This document shows, piece after piece, positions 9,825 to 17,981 of a stretch of DNA of 64,000 bases. The DNA is taken from positions 2,485,297-2,549,296 of the forward strand of contig NZ_CP095848.1 of assembly GCF_023101345.1 (NCBI RefSeq), given 5' to 3'. The DNA is from Hymenobacter sublimis. GTDB lineage: Bacteria; Bacteroidota; Bacteroidia; Cytophagales; Hymenobacteraceae. A program made the position numbers and the translations under genes. A model generated the notes under the pieces. That model was not told where the DNA came from. It did no database searches and saw nothing but the letters and a program-made list of their open reading frames with translations. Each line of letters opens with the position of its first letter. Positions within the stretch are counted from its first letter, which is position 1.

Positions 9825-10150
9825 GATTATCTACTGAAAAAGCTAACTAATCAAATAATAATTGTGGGAACCTGACTTCGCTGCCATAGCGAATTGCAAC
9901 AAGCAAAACAGTTGTCCGCTAATATAAATCCAAAATTCCCGGCATAATCTAAAAAAGGTAGCCCATTGCTCCCGAGTGCCTACCCTTGGTTGTTTAGGCC
10001 AACAAGCACACCAGCCGGAACCAATGGATACCCCTGAGCTGCCCTAGATGCCTAGCTTTTTACTTCAAGCAAATCCTGACAAGAAAATTCTTTACCAGAC
10101 AGCTGCTTTACTATTTTTGCACGTTTTTCAGTAGTAAAGCAATCCTTGTT

Positions 10151-10723
10151 ATGCGTGATGAACCGATTAGCCCGTTGCCGCGGCTACGGGCGTGGTTTGG
10201 TCTGAGCCAAGCTGGTTTGGGCCGGTGTATGGAACTCAGCAAAGCCATGGTGTCGCAGGTGGAGCGCGGGGTGCGGAAGCTGCCCATGGCCGCCTCGTTG
10301 CCCCAGGCCGCGCTTACGCTGGCCCAGCAGGCCACTCCCGCCGAGCCAACGCCCGAGGCGGCTGATACCGTAGCTCTGCGCGAACACCTGCGCGCCTGTC
10401 AGCACCGCGCCGAGCAGATGGCTTTGGAACTGAGCCGGATGCCAGAACGCGCCGCCTGGGCCCGCCGCCGACTAGCCTCTCTACCAACCCTGACGGCCGT
10501 ACTAGCTCCTGGTCGGGCCACTCCCCCGGTGTGGCTCAGCGAGTTTGCCGAGGAGGCCCGCATGGAGTTGGTCCGGAGCGGCAGCACGGCCCAGGCGTTG
10601 TTACAGGCCCGGCATGCGGCCTTTACGGCCGAGGCGGCTGAGGTAGCCCGGCTGCTTACTGCTCTTGAATCGAGCCAGCCAGCCAAAAGCACGTCGGCCC
10701 GGGGAAACTCCGCGGCTAGCTAA
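10151..10723 (+). CDS. XRE-family HTH protein with Ala-rich C-terminal region
   Basis: HTH 'LSQAGLGRCMELSKAMVSQVERGVRKLP'. Confidence 0.5.
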   Translation: MRDEPISPLPRLRAWFGLSQAGLGRCMELSKAMVSQVERGVRKLPMAASLPQAALTLAQQATPAEPTPEAADTVALREHLRACQHRAEQMALELSRMPERAAWARRRLASLPTLTAVLAPGRATPPVWLSEFAEEARMELVRSGSTAQALLQARHAAFTAEAAEVARLLTALESSQPAKSTSARGNSAAS

Positions 10724-11290
10724 TACGGACCATAAGTTCTTACTAACTCAGCAACGGGTCAACATACCCCTGCCCCACCACGGGCAAGCTGCTGACGTCT
10801 TTCTGGCTTAACAAGTGTCGCATTACATAGCCAGGCGCGTATAAATTTGTGTTCTTTTTAGAAGGCTGTATTATTGATTTATAGGCCATAAAGCCTAGTT
10901 CGTCGAGCATACACCCAGTTTAAACCCGGAAAATCCGCTGATTAGTAAATCCACTTCTATCTTTGTCAACGTATATAGGGCAGCCTTATGTTCTCTGGCT
11001 TTCTAAGCCAGGTACTGTTCGGCGTCCGTCCTATACTTTAGTGCCTTGCGCCCACACATCGGTAGCAGGCCATTTCCAGTGTTGCGTATGTCTTACTTCA
11101 TTGAGCATGAACTCGTGTGCCTCCACTCCCAACCTGGCGGCTACTGCTGTAGCGCTGTTATTGCTAGCTGATTTGCTACCAGCTCTGCCGGTTCGATCCC
11201 ACGGCCCGGGCGTATTTTCCACTTCTACCTACCATGTCACGGCGGTGTACCGTCACCGGCGTCACCGACCTTAGCTGCATCGAAATAGAA

Positions 11291-11325
11291 AAAGGCCCCG
11301 ATGATAATGCATCGGGGCCTTTTTC
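11291..11325. terminator. Hairpin terminator downstream of rtcB (AAAAAGGCCCCGATG...CATCGGGGCCTTTTT)
   Basis: GC-rich stem flanked by A and T runs, 16 bp past the rtcB stop. Confidence 0.55.
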
Positions 11326-11340
11326 ATGTGTAACAAAACC

Positions 11341-12744
11341 CTACACCCCGCCTTCCATGCGCACGATGCGCGGGCTAAAGGAGCCCAGCACATCCACCAG
11401 CTCAGTCTGGCTTTGCATCACGGCGTGAATGTCTTTGTAGGCCTGGGGCGCCTCATCGACGCCCCCGCCCAGCAGCTCAATACCGTGCTGTTGGAGGTAG
11501 CGGCGCACTTCGGCCTCGCCCAGCTCCTGCTTGGCCCGGGTGCGCGACATTTGCCGACCCGCGCCGTGGGAAGCCGACGACAAGGACGCCGCCTCGCCCC
11601 GCCCCCGCACGATAAAGCCGGGGGCCGTCATGGAGCCCGGAATGATGCCGAGCACCCCTTTGCCGGCCGGCGTGGCTCCTTTGCGGTGGACCACTACCTC
11701 CCGGCCGTCCATCAGGCGCTCTTTCCAGGCGAAGTTGTGGTGGTTTTCCACTTTGGCCAGGGGCCGCTCGCCGAGGGCTTTGGCCAGGCGCTGGTGAATC
11801 TGGTGGTGACAGGCCGAGGCGTAGTCGCCGGCTAAGTTCATGGCCGCCCAATACTCCTGTCCGGCTTCCGTGTCGAGGCCGAGCCAGGCGAGGTGGCGGG
11901 CTTCGGCGGGTAGCTGGCAGGTATCCTGGGCCAGTTTGGTGTAGTGGTTGGCGATGCTGGCCCCTAGCCCCCGGGAGCCGGAGTGCGAAAGCAACCCCAG
12001 GTACTGACCTACCGGCACGCCCAGCTCATTGGCGGGGTCGGTGATGTCGACCACGCCCCACTCCACGAAGTGGTTGCCGCCCCCGGAGGAGCCGATTTGC
12101 GCGGCGGCCGTGTCGAGCTTGTTGCGCAGAAAGGGAATTTCCTGGAACTCCGGGCGGTCGAGGACGGCGTGCCCCAGCTTCTGGCCGTGGCGGAATACGT
12201 CGCGGTTGCCGAATTTGGTGTGGTCCAGCAGCAGCTTACGCAGCTCCTGTACCCGTTGCTCCAGAAACTTAGGCGGCAAGGCAAACACCGACAGGGCCAT
12301 CCGGCAGCCAATGTCCACACCCACGGCGTAGGGAATTACGGCGTTATCCGTAGCCAGCACCCCGCCAATGGGCAGACCGTAGCCGTGGTGAGCGTCGGGC
12401 ATGAGGGCCCCAGCCACGGTTACGGGCAGCTTCATGGCCGTTTCCATCTGATGGATGGCACCCTGCTCAATGTACTCGGCGCCAAATACAGCGTATTCCT
12501 TGCGCTCCGTAAGGGCAATGTGCCGGCTGGGCGGGGGTAGCAAAGCGGCGGCCGTGTGGCTCCAGTCGAGGTGGGTGAGGTAGGTAGAAGGGTCAGCCAG
12601 CAGGCTTTTGAGCAGGGTTAGCTGGTCGGTTTGGGAAAGTTTTTTGAGGTGCTTGCGCTGCAGTTGAGCCAGCGCGAGTCCAATGGCCCGACCTTCCGGG
12701 AAGCCAAGCTGCCGAAGGTCGTTGCCGCGTAGTTGTGAGGCCAT
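11341..12744 (-). CDS. rtcB: RtcB family RNA 3'-phosphate/5'-OH ligase
   Basis: Hallmarks 'MPDAHHGYGLPIGGV', 'GSRGLG', 'HNFAWKE' and 'SHGAGR'; 467 aa. Confidence 0.9.
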   Translation of the reverse strand: MASQLRGNDLRQLGFPEGRAIGLALAQLQRKHLKKLSQTDQLTLLKSLLADPSTYLTHLDWSHTAAALLPPPSRHIALTERKEYAVFGAEYIEQGAIHQMETAMKLPVTVAGALMPDAHHGYGLPIGGVLATDNAVIPYAVGVDIGCRMALSVFALPPKFLEQRVQELRKLLLDHTKFGNRDVFRHGQKLGHAVLDRPEFQEIPFLRNKLDTAAAQIGSSGGGNHFVEWGVVDITDPANELGVPVGQYLGLLSHSGSRGLGASIANHYTKLAQDTCQLPAEARHLAWLGLDTEAGQEYWAAMNLAGDYASACHHQIHQRLAKALGERPLAKVENHHNFAWKERLMDGREVVVHRKGATPAGKGVLGIIPGSMTAPGFIVRGRGEAASLSSASHGAGRQMSRTRAKQELGEAEVRRYLQQHGIELLGGGVDEAPQAYKDIHAVMQSQTELVDVLGSFSPRIVRMEGGV

Positions 12745-12778
12745 GCGAATAAGAATGTACTAGAAGAAATTTTCGGCT

Positions 12779-12869
12779 GCGGAGCAACGGGCGAGTCGCG
12801 TATCCTGAGGGGTGGGTGTGCACCCGCAGTCAGGCCGAAGTAACGCGACCCTACGGCATCCGAAAGCCA
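12779..12869 (-). ncRNA. Short Y-RNA-like unit (YrlB-like: closing stem only, no tRNA-like module), 35 bp upstream of rtcB
   Basis: The minus strand has the 5' box GGATGCCGTAGGGTCGCG-TTACTTCG and the 3' side CGCGACTC...GTTGCTCC, which pairs with the 5' box. It shares the boxes of the longer units. Confidence 0.4.
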
Positions 12870-12979
12870 GAGAAAAAGAGCGGTTAGAAGGGTAATAAGG
12901 CGGACAGGCCCTTAGGTTTTCAGACGAAGTATGCCTGCTCCACGACACCTTCCGGCCGCTCAAGAGTATTCAAAAAAAT

Positions 12980-13127
12980 CTGTTCGGGGCAACAGGTGGG
13001 CGGCCCCTATATCCTGCTCTACCTTCTGAGCTACAGCCACCACCCAAGGGTAGCAACTGGTGGGACTCGAACCCACGACCCGGGCAACCACAGTGCGAAG
13101 TATGGTCGCCCTACGGCACCCGAACAG
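12980..13127 (-). ncRNA. Y-RNA-like (YrlA-like) unit 1 with tRNA-like module
   Basis: The minus strand reads, in order: 5' box GGGTGCCGTAGGGCGACCATACTTCG; T-arm GTGGG-TTCGAGT-CCCAC; acceptor-like 3' strand; linker; 5' strand with D-arm GCTC-AGAAGGTA-GAGC; hairpin GGGGC...GCCCC; 3' box CTGTTGCCCC. Confidence 0.5.
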
Positions 13128-13149
13128 ATAGTACCAGCGGTGAGGTAAT

Positions 13150-13275
13150 CAGCGAAAAGCGTTCTGTAAACTGGGTGCTTTTGACCACTCAGCCACTTGC
13201 CCGCAGTCGGACAAGACGGGATTCGAACCCGCGGGCTACAGAAGGCCAACCAACGAAGTAGCGCTTTCTTCCGAC
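13150..13275 (-). ncRNA. Y-RNA-like unit 2 (variant closing stem GAAAGCGC/GCGCTTTTC) with tRNA-like module
   Basis: T-arm GCGGG-TTCGAAT-CCCGT; a 7-bp acceptor-like hairpin CTTGTCC-G-ACTGC-GGGCAAG; a class-II-type D-arm GCT-GAGTGGTCAAA-AGC. Confidence 0.45.
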
Positions 13276-13299
13276 ACTCACCTTTTTATTTTCCGTGGG

Positions 13300-13441
13300 G
13301 GTGGGGCTAACAAGCACCAGGCCTTTTATCCTGCTCTACCTGACTGAGCTACAGCGGCCACCGAAGCAGCCACCAGCGGGATTCGAACCCGCGACCTGGG
13401 CGTTAAGAGCGCGAAGTATGGCCTGGCTACGGCACCCACTC
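13300..13441 (-). ncRNA. Y-RNA-like unit 3 with tRNA-like module
   Basis: 5' box GGGTGCCGTAGCCAGGCCATACTTCG; T-arm GCGGG-TTCGAAT-CCCGC; D-arm GCTC-AGTCAGGTA-GAGC; 3' box GCTTGTTAGCCCC. Confidence 0.5.
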
Positions 13442-13462
13442 CCGCGGAAAAAACAAAACCTA

Positions 13463-13610
13463 CCGGGGCAACAAACGAGCAGCGAAATGACCGGCCCGAA
13501 GGCCGTTCTGCTCTACCTAGCTGAGCTACAGTCCAAGAGAAACAACCTGATTGGACTGGCCCGAATCGAACGGGCGACCCGAAGTAACGCTGCCCTACGA
13601 CACCCGGCAG
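13463..13610 (-). ncRNA. Y-RNA-like unit 4 with tRNA-like module
   Basis: 5' box GGGTGTCGTAGGGCAGCGTTACTTCG; T-arm GCCCG-TTCGATT-CGGGC; perfect 7-bp acceptor-like stem CAGTCCA/TGGACTG closed by a 15-nt loop; D-arm GCTC-AGCTAGGTA-GAGC; UUCG-capped hairpin CGGCC-TTCG-GGCCG; 3' box TTTGTTGCCCC. Confidence 0.5.
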
Positions 13611-13636
13611 GGTGATAATGCGGCTGACCCTCTGCG

Positions 13637-13762
13637 TTGGGGCAACAAGCGGCTGGCGAGTACCCCGCAGCCGGAACTGCGGGATGGGAATCGAACCCTA
13701 CACCGGGGATGCCGGTGTATTCAACCAAGACGAAGTAACGCCTGCCTACGGCACCCAAACGG
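13637..13762 (-). ncRNA. Y-RNA-like unit 5 (degenerate tRNA-like module)
   Basis: 5' box GGGTGCCGTAGGCAGGCGTTACTTCG; a T-loop-like GGGTTCGATTCCC with a weak stem; a 7-bp hairpin CCCGCAG-TTCCGG-CTGCGGG; 3' box GCTTGTTGCCCC; no D-arm. Confidence 0.4.
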
Positions 13763-14375
13763 GCGGAAGTCAGCCGGTTTGGAGCGGGCCGCCGAAGCAC
13801 AGCGCTTCGGCGGTAAGCCGCCCCGGCCGGCGGCAGCCATCAGGTGGTCAGCCGCCGTCCCAAGCAGTAGAAGCCATAGCTTCTGGGAGTACTTATGTTA
13901 CCATACGAGGAGTTTGGTAAGAGAACTTCATGGCTATGAACGTTACAAAAGATGATTATGATATACTGAAAAACGTAAAAAACTACGCTCCAGCTATATT
14001 TTAGCCATTTTACGGGGTAACGGCGTTTCGAACTTCTGGCACGGTTCTGTTTGGACTTCTACCAGTTTGCCGTTTTTCAGCGGGCCACCGGGTTTTCGTA
14101 GTTGCCTCGTGCCAGGGCGTCGAGGGTGCTATGGGCTATTTATTGTTGTAGTTCTCGGTTCATTAGAGTAGGTATTGTCGGGCCGTAACCCGGGAGTGGC
14201 ACCGCTTTTCGGGTTGCCGCAAGCCACTCCCGGGGCCGCGTGGTTTAGGTAGAAATAATGGGATAGGAATGCTGGAGAACTATGCAACACGGAGGATAAT
14301 TAGTTGACAGACATGTTTCTATGATGCCTGATTACTTGATCTGATGTCAGTACTACCGCAGCATCTGGCGCTTCT

Positions 14376-14490
14376 TTGCCCGGCTGTAGAGACGCGACAC
14401 TTCGCGTCTTGTCATTGCTGACGTTATTTAGACTGCGCGGTTCCTGGTCGTTCTGACGCCGAGACGCGAAGTGTCACGTCTCTACAGCTG
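14376..14490. repeat. Pair of inverted hairpin repeats (GAGACGCGA-AGTGT-CGCGTCTC family) between the Y-RNA array and the rsr stop
   Basis: GTAGAGACGCGACACTTCGCGTCT at ~14385 and AGACGCGAAGTGTCACGTCTCTAC at ~14465, in opposite orientation. Related copies lie at 16951-16982 and 17028-17050. Confidence 0.55.
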
Positions 14491-14562
14491 TTCTATTGTT
14501 AGCCGGGCGAGATGCTTCGCAGGGCGCCGTGTGACAGTTAAATGGGATATTCTAGTTGCCCA

Positions 14563-16134
14563 TTACAACACTATCTGTTCGATTTCGGTAAGAGCGAATC
14601 CGCCATTGTCGAGGGCGGCCAGCACGTCGAAAATCTTATCCGACCAGCCGGCAATCAGGGCTGCACCTTGTTCGGGGTGTACTTGCAGGGGCGCGGTGCC
14701 ATGACCGGCTAGGTCGAAGAGGTATAGCTGGGCCTGTGGAGCAACGGTGCGCCGGTACTCCGCCCATTCTTTGGCCATGTTGGTGCCGTTGAAGTGAGAG
14801 TTCCAGAGCTGGCAGTCGGTGAAGAGCATTACCTTATCTACTACCTCCCGGCGGCGGCGCAAGTCCTCGATAACCAGGTAGCCGTTAGTGCTGTAGCCTA
14901 CCTCGCCTTCGCGGCGGTAAAACTCCTGCACGTTGCGCAAAATGGGGCCACGGGGCAGCGTCAGCCGCTTCCAGGTGTCGCCGAACATGCCGGTTACCAC
15001 GTTCTGGCAGCGGCTCTGCAGGAGCATGCCCAGCACCAGGCCCACGTCGTAGTACAGCACTTTGCTGCGCTGAGAAATAGGCTGTTGCATGGAGCCCGAC
15101 ACGTCACAAGCTACCACTACCCGAGTTTCCGAGCCGAAGCCGCGCAGGTTGGCGGCGCTGTGGCCGATGGCCGCTTCCAGGGCTTCCAGCACCTGCGGCA
15201 CCGGGCTCTGGCGCAACCCCACTGCCATCAGCACCGACTGCAGCGTGCCTGCTTCCAAAGCCTTTACCTCACGGTAAGCGGCCAGAAAGCGGAAGGGCAG
15301 CTGCTTGCTGCGGGCTACGGCCCGCGCATCGGCGAGGGTGGCACACACTTGCGCTACTGCCTCGGCTGGTACACCAGCCTGCAGGATGTTGCGCAGGTTG
15401 CGTAGCAGGGCCATGTAGCCCAACTTGCCGCTACCAATTAGCTCCGTCCACTTCTGGCGGAAAGCGGCCGCCCGCTCTGCCTCCGACGTAAATCCTACCT
15501 GTCCCAGAGCCGACAATTCAGTCTCCCAGGTGTAGGGCGTAGGGAGGGTGCCGGCCACCAGCTGGTTAAATAAGGCTTGCTGGCCTTCGTCGGCGGGGCG
15601 CGGGTGCACCAGGAACAGGGCGTCGCGGAGGCGCACGGTGCCGGCCCGGTCGTACTTGGCCAGTTGGTAGCCGTCGAAGCGGTTGAAGGCTTGGGCCAAC
15701 CCTTTCTGCACCTGCTTGGAGAGACGGTTGAGGGTTTTGAGGCCGGTGCGGCCGTTGGCTTGGGCGTAATAGGCCAGCAGCTCCGTGATTTCGTCGGGGC
15801 GCTGTACCACACGAGCTACCAGGCGGCTGACCAGGTTGGTACCCTGGTGCAAGCGGGCCAGCTCTACGGCCAATACCAGCGGCACGGAGCGCAAATACAG
15901 CCTTTCGCGGGCATACACAGCTAGGCGGGCCACGAACTCCGCATCGTTGCGAGCCACTAATTCGCGCAGACGCACTAAGCGGGTATCGGCGGTTTCGTAG
16001 AACTGGTCGCTGAGGGCGGCAGTAGCCACGGCGGCGTACAGCTCCAGCGCGGGAGTGAGCATAGTAGCCGGTGCACCCTCGTGGTTGAGCACCGGAGCCG
16101 GAGTAGGCGGGCGGAAGGGGAAGTTGAAACGCAT
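14563..16134 (-). CDS. rsr: Ro60-related protein Rsr (TROVE domain + C-terminal vWA domain)
   Basis: N-terminal TROVE-like region 'YARERLYLRSVPLVLAVELAR'; C-terminal vWA with MIDAS 'VVVACDVSGSM'; ~523 aa; sits next to rtcB with structured ncRNA units between them. Confidence 0.75.
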   Translation of the reverse strand: MRFNFPFRPPTPAPVLNHEGAPATMLTPALELYAAVATAALSDQFYETADTRLVRLRELVARNDAEFVARLAVYARERLYLRSVPLVLAVELARLHQGTNLVSRLVARVVQRPDEITELLAYYAQANGRTGLKTLNRLSKQVQKGLAQAFNRFDGYQLAKYDRAGTVRLRDALFLVHPRPADEGQQALFNQLVAGTLPTPYTWETELSALGQVGFTSEAERAAAFRQKWTELIGSGKLGYMALLRNLRNILQAGVPAEAVAQVCATLADARAVARSKQLPFRFLAAYREVKALEAGTLQSVLMAVGLRQSPVPQVLEALEAAIGHSAANLRGFGSETRVVVACDVSGSMQQPISQRSKVLYYDVGLVLGMLLQSRCQNVVTGMFGDTWKRLTLPRGPILRNVQEFYRREGEVGYSTNGYLVIEDLRRRREVVDKVMLFTDCQLWNSHFNGTNMAKEWAEYRRTVAPQAQLYLFDLAGHGTAPLQVHPEQGAALIAGWSDKIFDVLAALDNGGFALTEIEQIVL

Positions 16135-16949
16135 CGGATAGAAAAATCAGGCAGTGAGTACTAATGAATGACGGCTATAACCAGAATAAATAACTCGTAC
16201 TTTTTACCTAGGAAAGCACACACTTTTTCCAGCATAATTCACGCACGAATTATTAAATAAAACTTTAGAAAATCAAAGACAATACTTTCCCTTTACACCC
16301 CAAAAATAGGATGATCTTATTTTAAATAACCAGATAAATTAATTTGACTAAGCCAAGTTTACACCGTGTTTGCTTACGCAGAGGTGCTAGCCTTTAGCCA
16401 TTGCTGCTACTCCGGTTTACTACCGTTTTGCCAAGTCGCAACGACTGATAGTCGCGGGCAATTGAGGGTAATACGGATGGAGTGCGAGGGGTAAAGAGAA
16501 TAACATCATGGGAAGTAGGATAGATAGAAGATGAAAACAAAAACGCCCGAATCTGATATGATTCGGGCGTTTGCGGAGGATGGTTCTAGAGTAGAAACCT
16601 TACCTGTCTGCTGGCGCGCCGAACCCCGGCTGAATCTCCCGATCCAGCTTGCTGAGTGATGGCATATCTTGATTAAAGTGGCGGCACATGACAGGAAAGG
16701 TGTAAAAGTCGTTAGCGTTTGGGCTGTTGAACGCGACAAAGGTAGAAAAGTTATTTTCTTACCAACAAGTTTGGTTCATAAATTTTTAAAATATTTTTCA
16801 CACATAAATTAAATGCCCTTTCAAAGGTTTATTTCAAGGTTTTTATTAATTATTTAGAAAGAATAAAACTAAATTTTTACCCTTTTGCTTTACCAGACAA
16901 ACGATATTTCATTCTGATTAAGGAGTTTTTGCATAGTGTGTAACGGTGT

Positions 16950-17060
16950 AGCAGCAGACGCGCATTTCGCGTCTGCTACCAGAACAACCTGCTTAGCGCC
17001 ACATGCGGTACAGACCGTTCAACGAAGAGACGCGAAGTGTCGCGTCTCTGCATATCAGTC
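16950..17060. repeat. Two hairpin repeats of the GACGCG...CGCGTC family, located past the 5' end of rsr
   Basis: GTAGCAGCAGACGCGCATTTCGCGTCTGCTAC and GAGACGCGAAGTGTCGCGTCTCT. Confidence 0.5.
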
Positions 17061-17238
17061 CTGTTCACCTCAGCTCTAACCTTGTGCAGCTGCTGTTGCA
17101 GCTAAAGCGGGGGTAGCGTCGAGGAAATGACGGGGTTAGTAGATGTTTTTAGCGCCCCGGAAAGGCCAGGAGTAGGTTTGAGCACTGATCTACTAAACCA
17201 GGTCAGCGTTTACTTCTTCTTTCTTCCTTTACTACCCT

Positions 17239-17715
17239 ATGAAAAAGTTTCTGGCAACTTCCCTCCTGCTCGGTCTGCTGGCCGGCGCTACCGCTCCCGC
17301 CGCTCTGGCCCAGACCACTCCCGCTAAAACCAAAGTCAAAGCCAAGAAAGACAAGGTGAAAGCCAAAGGCACTGCCACTGACGCCACGGCTCCCACAGAA
17401 GGCCGTGGTGGTGCGGGTGGCCGGGGCGGACGCGGCAACATGCTGGCGGAAATGACCAAGGAGCTCAACCTCACGGCCGACCAGCAAACTAAGGTGGCCG
17501 CTATTCAGCAAGAGCAAATGCAACAGATGCAGACCCTGCGCGCCAGCGGCGAAACTACCGACCGTCAGGCTCGCATGCAGCAAATGCGCAGCCTCGATGA
17601 AAGCACCAATGCTAAATTGCAAGGAGTGCTCACGCCCGAGCAATTTCAGCAGTACCAGGCCAAAAAGCAGGAGCGGATGCGCCGCCCCGGCCCGCCAGCC
17701 GGCGGCACCCGCTAA
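17239..17715 (+). CDS. Periplasmic LTXXQ-motif protein (Spy/CpxP-like) with signal peptide
   Basis: N-terminal signal 'MKKFLATSLLLGLLAGATAPAALA'; two LTxxQ motifs ('LNLTADQQTKV', 'LTPEQFQQY'); Gln/Met-rich helical repeats. Confidence 0.55.
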   Translation: MKKFLATSLLLGLLAGATAPAALAQTTPAKTKVKAKKDKVKAKGTATDATAPTEGRGGAGGRGGRGNMLAEMTKELNLTADQQTKVAAIQQEQMQQMQTLRASGETTDRQARMQQMRSLDESTNAKLQGVLTPEQFQQYQAKKQERMRRPGPPAGGTR

Positions 17716-17829
17716 GCGGCGCAACCAGATAGTGTCTGAAAAATGCTAGACCATCGTGCTTGATCCGGCGGCCGAATAGTCGAAGCAGGACATGTTCATG
17801 AGAGGCGCTGCTTAATTCCTGACCCGTAC

Positions 17830-17930
17830 CCGTGCTGCTGAGCCGCACGAAAGACCTGCTCCAGTTTAAACGGCCCGCTACTGGGGGCCTACTCTGACGG
17901 AAGTAGGTCCTTCGTGCGGCTCAGCGGCAC
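17830..17930. repeat. Inverted repeat with ~28-bp arms (CCGTGCTGCTGAGCCGCACGAAAGACCT / AGGTCCTTCGTGCGGCTCAGCGGCACGG). Terminator or MITE-like.
   Basis: Seen directly in the sequence, downstream of the LTXXQ protein gene. Confidence 0.5.
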
Positions 17931-17981
17931 GGGTTTCCAAGGCCCTTCGTATTCTTACCGATTGTAAGCACAGCCAGCCAC

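Noticed and set aside
12975-13765. Possible CRISPR array or ordinary tandem tRNA gene cluster
   Set aside because: The repeat units are ~130-160 bp and clearly non-identical, so they are not CRISPR direct repeats. No unit has an anticodon arm or a correctly ordered acceptor stem, so they are not canonical tRNAs. Only the T-arm, D-arm and a permuted acceptor-like stem are present.
16135-17238. Small ORFs (for example 16506..16739 minus, 17127..17327 plus) in the AT-rich rsr upstream region
   Set aside because: They have no motifs or plausible start context. The region is better explained as the promoter or leader of the rsr operon plus palindromic repeats.
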